A stretch of DNA of 60,741 bases, counting the filler, from a bacterium UBP13_UBA5359 (GTDB lineage Bacteria; UBP13; UBA5359): the NCBI GenBank assembly GCA_002410925.1. It is 7 parts of 6 records of this genome, joined end to end, with 100 filler letters (N's around TTAATTAATTAA, not from the genome) between each part and the next. Parts side by side here need not be neighbours in the genome. Positions count along the whole stretch, not along the records: positions 15,477 to 45,770 come from DHPR01000010.1; 6 more parts are not named here. One strand, given 5' to 3'. The notes below the pieces were generated by a model that was given only the letters and a program-made list of their open reading frames with translations, did not search any database and was not told where the DNA came from. Shown in pieces: positions 23,526 to 32,489 of this stretch; position 1 is the first letter of the stretch, and each line of letters begins with the position of its first letter. The translations under genes and the position numbers were made by a program.

Positions 23526-24338
23526 ATGAGAATAGTTAGATATATAGCGGCGGCGGCAGAGGCTTACGGCATAATGGACGACAAAGGTATCAGACCGATT
23601 ATCGGCCTGCCCTGGAATGGAATAGAATTCACCGGGGATGAATACCTGCCGGAAGAGGTAACTCTTTTACCGCCTGTGCAGCCGCCCGATGTTTTTGCTA
23701 TCGGTCTCAATTATAAGAGACACGCAGATGAATGCGGTATGAAATATCCGTCGTCCCCAGTGATCTTTCTTAAAGCTGCCAGTGCGGTCATCGGGTCCGG
23801 CGATGATATAATTCTACCGGATATGGCACCCAATGAGGTTGATTACGAAGCCGAGCTGGCTATCGTTATAGGACGGACCTGCCGCTCTGTTCCGGAGCAC
23901 GAGGCTCTGGAGTATGTTCTGGGGTATACCTGCGGTAATGATGTCAGCGCCAGAGATTGTCAGATGAAACAGGATACTCAATGGGCCAGAGCTAAGAGCT
24001 TTGATACTTTTTGTCCGCTGGGTCCATGGATAGAGACGGAGTTGGACCCGGATGGGCTGGATATCATGCTGCGGTTGAATGGTACCGTTATGCAATCCTC
24101 CAACACCTCCGACATGCTTTTCAATTGCCGAAATCTAATAAGTTACTGCTCCCGAATTGCCACTTTACAACCGGGCACTGTTATAATGACCGGGACGCCG
24201 CCGGGTGTAGGATTTTCCCGTAAAACTCCGGTCTTTCTCAAACCCGGTGATAGAGTAGAGGTAGAAATAGAGGGCATAGGCACTCTTTATAACGGAGTCA
24301 GGAGACAGGAGCGTTTGGGCGGGTCATTCAGTATTTAA
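23526..24338 (+). CDS. Fumarylacetoacetate hydrolase family protein
   Basis: AIGLNY, VDYEAELA, NDVSARD, KSFDTFCPLGP, TGTPPGVG. Confidence 0.95.
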   Translation: MRIVRYIAAAAEAYGIMDDKGIRPIIGLPWNGIEFTGDEYLPEEVTLLPPVQPPDVFAIGLNYKRHADECGMKYPSSPVIFLKAASAVIGSGDDIILPDMAPNEVDYEAELAIVIGRTCRSVPEHEALEYVLGYTCGNDVSARDCQMKQDTQWARAKSFDTFCPLGPWIETELDPDGLDIMLRLNGTVMQSSNTSDMLFNCRNLISYCSRIATLQPGTVIMTGTPPGVGFSRKTPVFLKPGDRVEVEIEGIGTLYNGVRRQERLGGSFSI

Positions 24339-24682
24339 GTGCGTTTGAAAGCTTAGAAAACAGAAGTCAGAAGATTGGGGCGGGTTGTTTGGGATTTGAG
24401 TGCGGTTGCAAGTTGAGTCGGTTGCTCAGTGTTTGAGCTCGTTTGCATGTTAACGTTTAGCCTCTTATTATTATACGGATTTGATGCTTTTAGAGCAGTT
24501 TTAAAATAATATGAAAATTATCTCATATTTGAAAGGGTTTCCGCATTGTATGTAGAATATGGCACGGGAAGACTAATTTCCTATCATGAGTGGAAACTTC
24601 TAATTCGGATTATATCCGGGTTGAGAAGTAAAAAATAAGAAATATTCAATGTGAAGTCACATTGGAAATGGGGGAAGGTAAA

Positions 24683-25726
24683 GTGGAAGTAAAGGCAGGT
24701 ATTATTGGTGCCGGTATCGGTCGTGTTCATCTGGAGGGCTACCAGGCGGCCGGAGCAGAGGTTGTAGCCCTGTGTGATGCCAATGAGAGCAGAGCCAGGG
24801 AAACAGCGGAGAAGTATGGTGTCAGAAAGGTATATACGGATTACAAGGAGATGCTGAAGGATGTGGAAATCAATACGATCAGCGTTTGTACTCCTAATTC
24901 CATGCATGCTCCCATGTCCATAGATGCTTTGGAAGCCGGCAGGCATGTCATCTGTGAAAAACCTTTATCAGTCAACGCCGCCGAAGCACAGCAGATAGTG
25001 GATGCGGCGGCAAGGAGCGATAAGAAGTTTATGGTAGCCTTCTGCTATCGCTTCCGCGAAGATGCTCAGCTGATGAAGAAATTTGTCGAAGGCGGAGAGT
25101 TGGGACGTGTCTATTATGCCAAGACAGCCTGGCTGAGGCGACGCGGCATACCGGGTTTTGGCGGCTGGTTTACCACCAAGGAGCTTTCCGGCGGCGGCCC
25201 TTTGATAGATTTAGGTGTGCATATGCTGGATCTGACCCTATGGCTGATGGGTAATCCCAAAGCGGTATCGGTCAGCGGTTCCGCTTACGCAGAGTTCGGG
25301 CCCTACGGCAGAGGAGCCGGAGGCTACGGTAGGGATAAGAATCTCGAAGGCAAGTATGATGTAGAGGATTTGGCCATAGGCCTGATAAAGCTGGAGAATG
25401 GAGCTGCTTTGCACCTGGAGGCCAGTTGGGCTACTAACATTGAGAAAGATGACGGGCACAGCACATTGATGGGAACGGAAGGCGGAGCCTGTCTTAATTT
25501 TGCTGAAGGCGGCTTCAAGCTGCATAAGGAGATGTATGGCCATCAGGTGGATGTCCTTCCGATAGTCAAGGCCGGGTCAGGTCATAAGGAGGAGATGGCC
25601 CATTTCGTGGAGTGCATCAGGGAAGATAAGGAACCGACGGCTACGGGAGAGCAGGGTCTGGAGATTATGCGTATTTTGGATGCTCTTTATGAATCTGCCG
25701 CCACAGGTAGAGAGGTAGTGCTGTAA
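24683..25726 (+). CDS. Gfo/Idh/MocA family oxidoreductase (probable GTG start)
   Basis: GIIGAGIG, HVICEKP, GGGPLIDLGVH. Confidence 0.95.
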   Translation: MEVKAGIIGAGIGRVHLEGYQAAGAEVVALCDANESRARETAEKYGVRKVYTDYKEMLKDVEINTISVCTPNSMHAPMSIDALEAGRHVICEKPLSVNAAEAQQIVDAAARSDKKFMVAFCYRFREDAQLMKKFVEGGELGRVYYAKTAWLRRRGIPGFGGWFTTKELSGGGPLIDLGVHMLDLTLWLMGNPKAVSVSGSAYAEFGPYGRGAGGYGRDKNLEGKYDVEDLAIGLIKLENGAALHLEASWATNIEKDDGHSTLMGTEGGACLNFAEGGFKLHKEMYGHQVDVLPIVKAGSGHKEEMAHFVECIREDKEPTATGEQGLEIMRILDALYESAATGREVVL

Positions 25727-25749
25727 GGCGGCAGCGATAAAAGCATTAT

Positions 25750-25970
25750 GGGAAGGGCCGGTTCTACATTCTTGACATTAGTGGCAAGAAGGTAGGACCA
25801 CCCTACCCTTGTGATCGGTACAACGGCTGCCTACAGTGTCGGCATTTCATCGGCATTTCAATTGGGAGGAGATAAAAATGAGTGCGCCAGGATAAGCTTG
25901 CGAGGCTCTTGCCGGTGAAAGTCCGGATTGGGAAGATCGCAAGCTCGGTTCTGCGAGGGGTATTGACTCT
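25750..25970 (+). ncRNA. Putative group II intron remnants (domain VI-like hairpin, then GUGCG 5' end with Ic-like hairpin)
   Basis: GGGAAGGG...CCCTACCCT long hairpin (25750-25809); GTGCGCC at 25882 then AGCTTGCGA/TCGCAAGCT stem enclosing CCGGTGAAAGTCCGG; no domain V or RT. Confidence 0.45.
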
Positions 25971-26007
25971 ACCTTTCATGAATAAACGAACAAGGGGGAA
26001 AATTGAA

Positions 26008-27189
26008 ATGTCTACCCGACCATATGTTATTTCAAAAGATGAGTTTTGTTCAAGAGTCGAGAGGACGCAGGAGGCTATGGTGGATGCCGGCCTGGATATC
26101 CTGATTACTTTCGGCAATGAAGCGGAGCCACAATATGTTCGTTATTATGCGGATTACTGGCCATCTTTTGAAACAGCCTCCGTCTGTATTCCTCTTGTTG
26201 GAGAACCGGTTCTTCTTATCGGCCCGGAAAGCGGAACATACAGCGCCTATTGGTCTAAAATAGAAGCGATAGAGCGCATCAAAGTTCTTCGGGAATCTTC
26301 CGAGCCCGAATACCCCGGTGAAAAGCTGAATACTCTTTACAATCTTTTCAATAGATATTTAAATGAGGATTCCATGCGCCGCATCGGCATTGTGGGATAC
26401 CCCTTCATGAGTGCGCCCGTTTATAAGGCTATTTGCGAGACTGCTGCCGCATTCGGATGCGAGGTGGTCAGAGCGGAGCAACTGGTCATCAATTTAAAAA
26501 TGATTAAAAGCCAACAGGAAGTTGCCATCATGAAGCATGCCGCTAAAATCAGCGAGCAGGCTCTGGGCAAGGTGTTGGAGATAATAAAACTCGGCATGAC
26601 GGAAACGCAGGTAGTGGGCGAGGCCGAGCGGGAGATTCGTGCCCTGGGTGCAGAAAACGAGGCCTACCCCATGTGGTGCTTGTCCGGCGCCAATACCCAG
26701 CATGCTATCGGCCGTCCTGATGCTAATAAAGTGATTCATGAGGGTGAACTGGTGCAGCTCCAGTTCGGTGCCAGAGTAGCAGGATATGCCTCAAGCGTCG
26801 GCCGTCCGGTTGCCATGGGAAAGGTCAGTGATGAAATTCTGGAGTTGATGGATATAGGACTGGAAGCGCATCTGGCAACTATAGAATGTATGCGGGCGGG
26901 CATACCTGCCAAAGAGGTTGATCGCAGATATCGGGAGGTGCTGAAGAAGCGCGGCGCCGCCGGATGTAATCTCTACGGGCCCTGTCACGGCTCCGGGCTG
27001 ATGGAGGGCGAGCACCCCTGGATAGAATCTAATTCCGATTACTTGCTTAAAGAGAACATGACCTATTGCGTAGATACCTTTCTGAAGCGCAACGGATACG
27101 GCTTACGCTGGGAAAATCAGGTCTGTGTCAAGGAAGGCGGCGTAGATCAATTTACCGATAAATATCTGAAGGTTATGAGAATAGGCTGA
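26008..27189 (+). CDS. Second M24/creatinase-family paralog (start MSTRPYV)
   Basis: Shares VRY.D.WP.FE.A, LLIGPES, AIGRP, GARVAGY, YGPCHG, VDTFL, RWE with 22299-23456. Confidence 0.88.
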   Translation: MSTRPYVISKDEFCSRVERTQEAMVDAGLDILITFGNEAEPQYVRYYADYWPSFETASVCIPLVGEPVLLIGPESGTYSAYWSKIEAIERIKVLRESSEPEYPGEKLNTLYNLFNRYLNEDSMRRIGIVGYPFMSAPVYKAICETAAAFGCEVVRAEQLVINLKMIKSQQEVAIMKHAAKISEQALGKVLEIIKLGMTETQVVGEAEREIRALGAENEAYPMWCLSGANTQHAIGRPDANKVIHEGELVQLQFGARVAGYASSVGRPVAMGKVSDEILELMDIGLEAHLATIECMRAGIPAKEVDRRYREVLKKRGAAGCNLYGPCHGSGLMEGEHPWIESNSDYLLKENMTYCVDTFLKRNGYGLRWENQVCVKEGGVDQFTDKYLKVMRIG

Positions 27190-27212
27190 ATAGATATCGA
27201 TCCAACGGAACG

Positions 27213-27254
27213 GTTTGCGGCGTGGGCAGACGAGCAGCCAACGCCGCAAACTTT
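27213..27254 (+). terminator. Probable intrinsic terminator
   Basis: GTTTGCGGCGT / ACGCCGCAAAC 11-bp stem followed by TTT. Confidence 0.5.
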
Positions 27255-27369
27255 GAGAGGCCGGTTTGTGCAGCATGACAGCGTTATATCGCGATGTCCG
27301 TCCGCCCTCTCATAATTCTTTATCCCGTTACAATTTTCACTAGATTCTATTTTTTTGTCTAATTTCCTA

Positions 27370-27398
27370 TTGACGCTCGTCACCCATGATGGTAATCT
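27370..27398 (+). promoter_or_regulatory. Promoter upstream of rex pseudogene/hydrogenase operon
   Basis: TTGACG-17 nt-TAATCT with TG extension. Confidence 0.55.
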
Positions 27399-27428
27399 AT
27401 ATCGGGCTGCTAAAAATAACAGATGTTG

Positions 27429-27978
27429 ATGTCGGATAAATCCAGAAAAGACCGGTAACGGTAGCCAGAAAGCTGCTGGATTATCCCAAACATCCGGATG
27501 ATTCGGATGCCGTCGGGGGCGCAGCGTATCTTCTCTCAGGAGATACGTCTCATCGCTGGGAGATGGCGGTGTCACAATTGCACCGGGATATAAACTATTT
27601 AAGGCACTTTGGACATTTTTGGAACCGGCAGCCGGTTTGTAGCATATAATGGGCGCCGAGGAGCATCATAACATGGTGATCGGAGCCGGTAACCTGGGAA
27701 GAGTTGTGGCTGATTACGCCGATTTTAGTTGCCGAGATTTCTCTATCAAAGTCATATCTGATAATGATCTAAAAGCTATTGGTTCCAGGATAGGCACTTT
27801 TGTTGCCGCGGCTAGTGATAAAATTCACGAGGTCATACGCCGTCGCGGCATTGGCATAGGCATTATCTCTGTAGCGATCTTAGCGGCTCCAGAGATAATA
27901 CCTCCGGAAAATGTGCCGGGTATCGGTGTGGATGCCGATAAGAGCCGGCTTGCAAATTTCAAATTATCGGAGAGATAG
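27429..27978 (+). pseudogene. rex: Degenerate redox-sensing repressor Rex
   Basis: Frameshifted fragments VARKLLDYPKH, GAQRIFSQEI, SQLHRDINYLRHFG (wHTH) followed by VIGAGNLGRVV...IGIGIISV (NAD domain). Confidence 0.8.
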
Positions 27979-28055
27979 GTCGATTGCTGAAGGCACGGTT
28001 GTTAGAGTCAAATATGTATAGCATAAAAAGCTTATAAACAAGGGGGTAAATTTTA

Positions 28056-28586
28056 ATGTCAACGGTAATGGATGCAGATGCCCTGGCTGAAGCCAGGGAG
28101 CTCAATGGGACGCTGCATAAATTTCGGCAGGTAAATGAGATCATTGACAGGCATGGCAAGGATCCGTCAAATCTCATTGCTATTCTGCAAGAGGTGCAAG
28201 AGGAGTATCGCTATCTACCGGAGGAGATTATGACCTATATCTCCACCGTCATGGAGATACATCCTTCCAGCGTCTACGGCGTAGCCACGTTTTATGCCCA
28301 GTTTTCGCTTGAACCCAAGGGGAAGCATATAATCAAAGTTTGTGACGGCACAGCCTGCCATGTTCGTAATTCCCAATGGATTATCGACAGCCTTAGAGAG
28401 CATCTGCGTCTGAAACAGGGTGAACATACTACCAAAGATATGATCTTCACTCTTGAGACAGTAGCCTGTATAGGTGCCTGTGCCCTGGCTCCGGCCATGA
28501 TGTTGGATGAAGAGATCTACGGACAGTTGACACCCGATAAGATTAAAGAAATTGTAGATAAGATTGCTGCCGAGGAGGAGAAATAA
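28056..28586 (+). CDS. hydC: [FeFe]-hydrogenase NuoE-like subunit (HydC/HndA)
   Basis: VYGVATFY, VCDGTACH, ACIGACALAP. Confidence 0.93.
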   Translation: MSTVMDADALAEARELNGTLHKFRQVNEIIDRHGKDPSNLIAILQEVQEEYRYLPEEIMTYISTVMEIHPSSVYGVATFYAQFSLEPKGKHIIKVCDGTACHVRNSQWIIDSLREHLRLKQGEHTTKDMIFTLETVACIGACALAPAMMLDEEIYGQLTPDKIKEIVDKIAAEEEK

Positions 28587-30508
28587 TGAGTACCGCTAAA
28601 GTGGATATGAACTCTGTTCATAAAGATTATTGCCAGGCACTTAAACGTGAAAAGATACGTGTGGCGGTCTGTGCCGGCCTGGGCTGTATAGTCAACGGAG
28701 CGCTGAAGCTTTATGATGCTCTGGAAGCCGAAATCAAGGCCAAAGGCATATATGCAGATCTAAGTTACCTTTTGGAAGATGAGAGCAATAGCGGCTGCAG
28801 TGTAGTCAAAACCGGCTGTCAGGGGTTCTGCGAAGCTGGTGCTCTGATAAGGATAGAGCCGGCCGGCCTGGTATATATTCATGTCAAGCCGGAGGATGCA
28901 GCAGAGATCGCCGAGCGAACACTGCTGAAGGGTGAAATCATAGAACGATTGGCTTACAAGGCACCATATTCTGATAAGGCCGTAGCCGAGCGCAATGAAA
29001 TACCGTTTTTCAGTGGACAGAAGCAGATAGTATTGCGTAATTGCGGCATCATAGATCCCAGCGATATAAGGGATTATATTGCGCATGATGGTTACCTGGC
29101 CTTGCAGAAGGCTCTGAAAGAGATGAGCCGGGATCAAGTCATTGCCACTGTTATCGATTCCGGTCTCAAGGGGCGCGGCGGTGCAGGTTTCCCCGCCGGG
29201 CGCAAGTGGGCCTTTGCTAAAGCAGAGGAATCCGATACCAAATATATGGTCTGCAATGCTGATGAGGGCGATCCCGGAGCGTTCATGGATCGTAGCGTTC
29301 TGGAAGGCGATCCGCACTCGATAATTGAGGCTATGGCTATAGCCGGGTACGCCATTGGCGCCAGTCACGGTTATATTTATGTCCGGGCTGAGTATCCTCT
29401 GGCGGTAGCCAGGTTGAAGCATGCCTTGAAAGAGGCCAGAGATAATGGTCTTCTGGGCAACGATATCCTGGGCAGCGGCTTTGACTTTGATATTAAGATT
29501 AAAGAGGGCGCCGGTGCCTTTGTTTGCGGCGAAGAATCGGCTCTGCTGGCCTCCATAGAGGGGAAGAGAGGAATGCCGCGTCCCAAACCGCCGTTTCCGG
29601 CTCAGAAGGGGCTTTGGGGATACCCGACGGTTATTAATAATGTAGAGACGCTGGCCAGCGTTCCGCTGGTAATTTTGCGTGGAGCCGAGTGGTTCAGCAG
29701 CTGCGGTGTAGGCAGGAGTACGGGAACTAAAACCTTTGCCCTCTCCGGCAAGGTTAGAAATACCGGCTTGGTAGAAGTTCCTATGGGTACAACCCTGCGG
29801 GATATGATCTTCAAGATCGGGGGAGGCATCCGGGATGACAAGCGGTTTAAGGCAGTGCAGATCGGTGGGCCTTCCGGCGGTTGCCTGACGGAGGAACATC
29901 TGGATCTGACTCTGGATTATGATTCGCTGGCCAAGGTGGGAGCCATCATCGGTTCCGGTGGTCTGGTGGTCATGGATGAAGATACCTGTATGGTGGAAAT
30001 GGCTCGTTTCTTCATGCATTTTACCCAGAGTGAATCCTGTGGCAAATGTGTTCCCTGTCGTGAGGGAACCAAGCGCATGCTGGAGATACTGGAGAAGATA
30101 GTAGCCGGCAAAGGAACGATGGAGGATCTGGAATTGCTGGATGAGGTGGCCCGGATGGTCAAAGACGCCTCACTTTGCGGCCTTGGCAAGACGGCTCCAA
30201 ACCCTGTTCTGACAATGATAAAGTACTTCCGTGACGAATATCTGGCTCATGTGGTGGATAAGCGTTGTCCGGCGGGACAGTGCCAGGCATTCAAGTCTTA
30301 CTATATTGATCCCGAGCTATGCAAGGGATGCGGCAAGTGCTCTCGCGGCTGCCCGGCCGGGGCTATATCCGGGAAGCCCAGGGAAGCCTATGGTATAGAT
30401 ACGGAGGCCTGCTTGAAGTGCGGCGCCTGCGTGGAGATGTGCCCCTTCGGGGCCATTGGCAAGGGGGACGGTCCCAAGAGCAAGGAGGATAATGAAAGAA
30501 ATGGCTAA
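28586..30508 (+). CDS. hydB: [FeFe]-hydrogenase NuoF-like FMN/NADH subunit (HydB/HndC)
   Basis: GRGGAGFP, NADEGDPGAFMD, GAGAFVCGEE, GGPSGG, ESCGKCVPCREG, C-terminal 2x[4Fe-4S]. Confidence 0.95.
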   Translation: MSTAKVDMNSVHKDYCQALKREKIRVAVCAGLGCIVNGALKLYDALEAEIKAKGIYADLSYLLEDESNSGCSVVKTGCQGFCEAGALIRIEPAGLVYIHVKPEDAAEIAERTLLKGEIIERLAYKAPYSDKAVAERNEIPFFSGQKQIVLRNCGIIDPSDIRDYIAHDGYLALQKALKEMSRDQVIATVIDSGLKGRGGAGFPAGRKWAFAKAEESDTKYMVCNADEGDPGAFMDRSVLEGDPHSIIEAMAIAGYAIGASHGYIYVRAEYPLAVARLKHALKEARDNGLLGNDILGSGFDFDIKIKEGAGAFVCGEESALLASIEGKRGMPRPKPPFPAQKGLWGYPTVINNVETLASVPLVILRGAEWFSSCGVGRSTGTKTFALSGKVRNTGLVEVPMGTTLRDMIFKIGGGIRDDKRFKAVQIGGPSGGCLTEEHLDLTLDYDSLAKVGAIIGSGGLVVMDEDTCMVEMARFFMHFTQSESCGKCVPCREGTKRMLEILEKIVAGKGTMEDLELLDEVARMVKDASLCGLGKTAPNPVLTMIKYFRDEYLAHVVDKRCPAGQCQAFKSYYIDPELCKGCGKCSRGCPAGAISGKPREAYGIDTEACLKCGACVEMCPFGAIGKGDGPKSKEDNERNG

Positions 30509-32243
30509 TGAAAACACTGTTATAATCAACGGCGAGCCGGTAGTCATAGAGGGTGAAGTCAATCTGTTGGAACTGGTGCAAAAGGCCGGCATCGAGCTGC
30601 CTACCTTCTGCTACCATTCCGAGCTGTCCGTTTACGGTGCCTGCCGTATGTGCCTGGTGGAAGTCAAAGGGCGCGGTCTGCAGGCTGCCTGCTCCACGCC
30701 TCCCGAGCCGGGTATGGAGATAGAGACCCATACGGAAAAGACGCAGAAGATCAGGCGTATGGTTTTGGAACTCTTACTGGCTAATCATGACCGTGAATGC
30801 ACTACCTGTGACAAGAGTACGGTTTGTAAGCTGCAGCAGCTTTCGCAACAGCTTAAATTAGATGATATTCGCTTCAAGAACAGAACCAAGCATCAGGAGA
30901 AAGACCTGAGCAGTCCTGCGCTGGTGCGCGATCCTAATAAATGCATTCTTTGCGGCGATTGTGTCAGAATGTGCGATGAAATTCAGAGCATCGGCGTGTT
31001 GGATTTCGCCAACAGAGGCTCTGATGTTATTGTAGGCCCTGCCTTCAAAAAGAAGATCGGTGAAGTGGATTGCGTCAACTGTGGTCAGTGCGCCGCCGTC
31101 TGTCCTACCGGCGCCATAACTGTTCGTTCCCAGATGCAAAACGTCTGGCAGGCTATTCAGGATCCCTCCAAAACTGTTATCGCTCAGATAGCTCCGGCTA
31201 TCAGAGTTACCGTTGGCGAGGCCTTCGGCCTGGGGCCTGATGCTCCGCTGATGGGTAAGATGGCTGCCTCCATGCGCAAAATGGGCTTTGATAAGGTTTA
31301 TGACACCTGTCTGACGGCCGATCTTACTATCCTTGAAGAAACCAACGAATTTCTGCATCGGCTGCAGGAAGGCGGCAAGCTGCCTATCTTCACCTCCTGC
31401 TGCCCGGGCTGGGTAAAATTTGCCGAGCAATTCTATCCGGATCTGCTCGATAATCTCTCTACCTGCCGCTCGCCGCAGCAGATGTTCGGATCGCTGGCCA
31501 AGAATTATTATGCTGCTGAGCTAGGAATAGATCCTGAAGATCTTTATGTAGTCTCCGTTATGCCCTGCACGGCCAAGAAGTTTGAGGCGGCTCGTTCCGA
31601 ATTCAGTAAGGACGGAGTGCCTGAAGTCGATGCTGTGTTGACCACTCAGGAACTGGTGGCTATGATCAAAGAGGCCGGGGTTCGTTTTAATGAAATCGAA
31701 GCCAGAGCATTGGATATGCCCTTCGGCTTTGCTACCGGAGCCGGTGTGATTTTCGGTAATTCCGGCGGTGTGGCAGAGGCCGTGCTGCGCTACGCTTATG
31801 AAAAGGTTACCGGCCAGGAACTGGCCGATGTAGACTTCAAGATCGTGCGCGGCCTGGAAGGCATCAAAGAGGCTGAAATCGCTCTGCCGGAGGTAACCCT
31901 CAGGCTGGCTGTAGTCAGCGGCCTGGGCAACGTCAGGAAGCTTATCGAGCGTATACGCAGCGGCGAGGCCCGCTACGATATAGTGGAAGTTATGACCTGC
32001 CCGGGCGGCTGCATCGGCGGAGGCGGGCAGTTGCTGCCTAATAATATGGAGAACCGTGAACGGCGTACCCGGGAGCTTTATGCCATGGATGCCGGCATGC
32101 CTTTCCGCAAGAGCCAGGATAACCCTATCGTGGATAAGATCTACCAGAAGTGGCTCGGTGAACCCAACAGCCATGCCGCTCATGAGGCGCTGCATACCAG
32201 TTACAAATCCAGGCGCAGGATCGAGGATAGCATAGCCCGATAA
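30492..32243 (+). CDS. hydA: [FeFe]-hydrogenase catalytic subunit, group A (HydA/HndD)
   Basis: H-cluster motifs TSCCPGW, MPCTAKKFE, EVMTCPGGCIGGGGQ; NuoG-like Fe-S N-terminus; AGGAGG SD before ATG 30492. Confidence 0.97.
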   Translation: MKEMANENTVIINGEPVVIEGEVNLLELVQKAGIELPTFCYHSELSVYGACRMCLVEVKGRGLQAACSTPPEPGMEIETHTEKTQKIRRMVLELLLANHDRECTTCDKSTVCKLQQLSQQLKLDDIRFKNRTKHQEKDLSSPALVRDPNKCILCGDCVRMCDEIQSIGVLDFANRGSDVIVGPAFKKKIGEVDCVNCGQCAAVCPTGAITVRSQMQNVWQAIQDPSKTVIAQIAPAIRVTVGEAFGLGPDAPLMGKMAASMRKMGFDKVYDTCLTADLTILEETNEFLHRLQEGGKLPIFTSCCPGWVKFAEQFYPDLLDNLSTCRSPQQMFGSLAKNYYAAELGIDPEDLYVVSVMPCTAKKFEAARSEFSKDGVPEVDAVLTTQELVAMIKEAGVRFNEIEARALDMPFGFATGAGVIFGNSGGVAEAVLRYAYEKVTGQELADVDFKIVRGLEGIKEAEIALPEVTLRLAVVSGLGNVRKLIERIRSGEARYDIVEVMTCPGGCIGGGGQLLPNNMENRERRTRELYAMDAGMPFRKSQDNPIVDKIYQKWLGEPNSHAAHEALHTSYKSRRRIEDSIAR

Positions 32244-32325
32244 TAATAACAACCATGCTGAATTCGATCTTTCCGTCTGCGTAGGCACCAGTTGCTATCA
32301 ACGCGGTTCTTACGATATTCTGTGA
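32242..32325 (+). pseudogene. Out-of-frame remnant of a thioredoxin-like [2Fe-2S] domain after hydA
   Basis: +1 frame reads ...FDLSVCVGTSCYQRGSYDIL*. Confidence 0.8.
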
Positions 32326-32360
32326 AAGGGGGCTGCCTGGGAGCAGGCAGCCCCCTTTTT
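32325..32360 (+). terminator. Intrinsic terminator of hyd operon
   Basis: AAAGGGGGCTGCCTG-GGAG-CAGGCAGCCCCCTTT-TT, 15-bp stem. Confidence 0.9.
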
Positions 32361-32489
32361 GCTGTCAGGCAGCTCCTGCGCTGTCCGGCTTGGAAGATAG
32401 GGCAGAGATGACAAACATATGTTTGCAGTGTAGCCGGAACTAAAGATAACATTGATTTCAGTAGATAATACAGATAAATATATCATGAT

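Noticed and set aside
25878-26007. Mini-ORF MSAPG* and the 42-aa N-terminal extension of the ORF from 25882
   Set aside because: Better explained by the intron-like fragment; the paralog alignment and SD support the start at 26008
27407-27422. CTGCTAAAAATAACAG as a Rex operator
   Set aside because: Two bases shorter than the 18-bp TTGTTA-N6-TAACAA box and mismatched; cannot be supported
28760-30019. Long antisense ORFs (419 aa here; also 34330-35403, 43687-44538, 49452-50576)
   Set aside because: Shadow frames of well-supported genes, with no motifs or RBS
32236-32250. Programmed +1 frameshift extending HydA
   Set aside because: The shifted frame yields only half a 2Fe-2S domain before a stop and there is no slippery site
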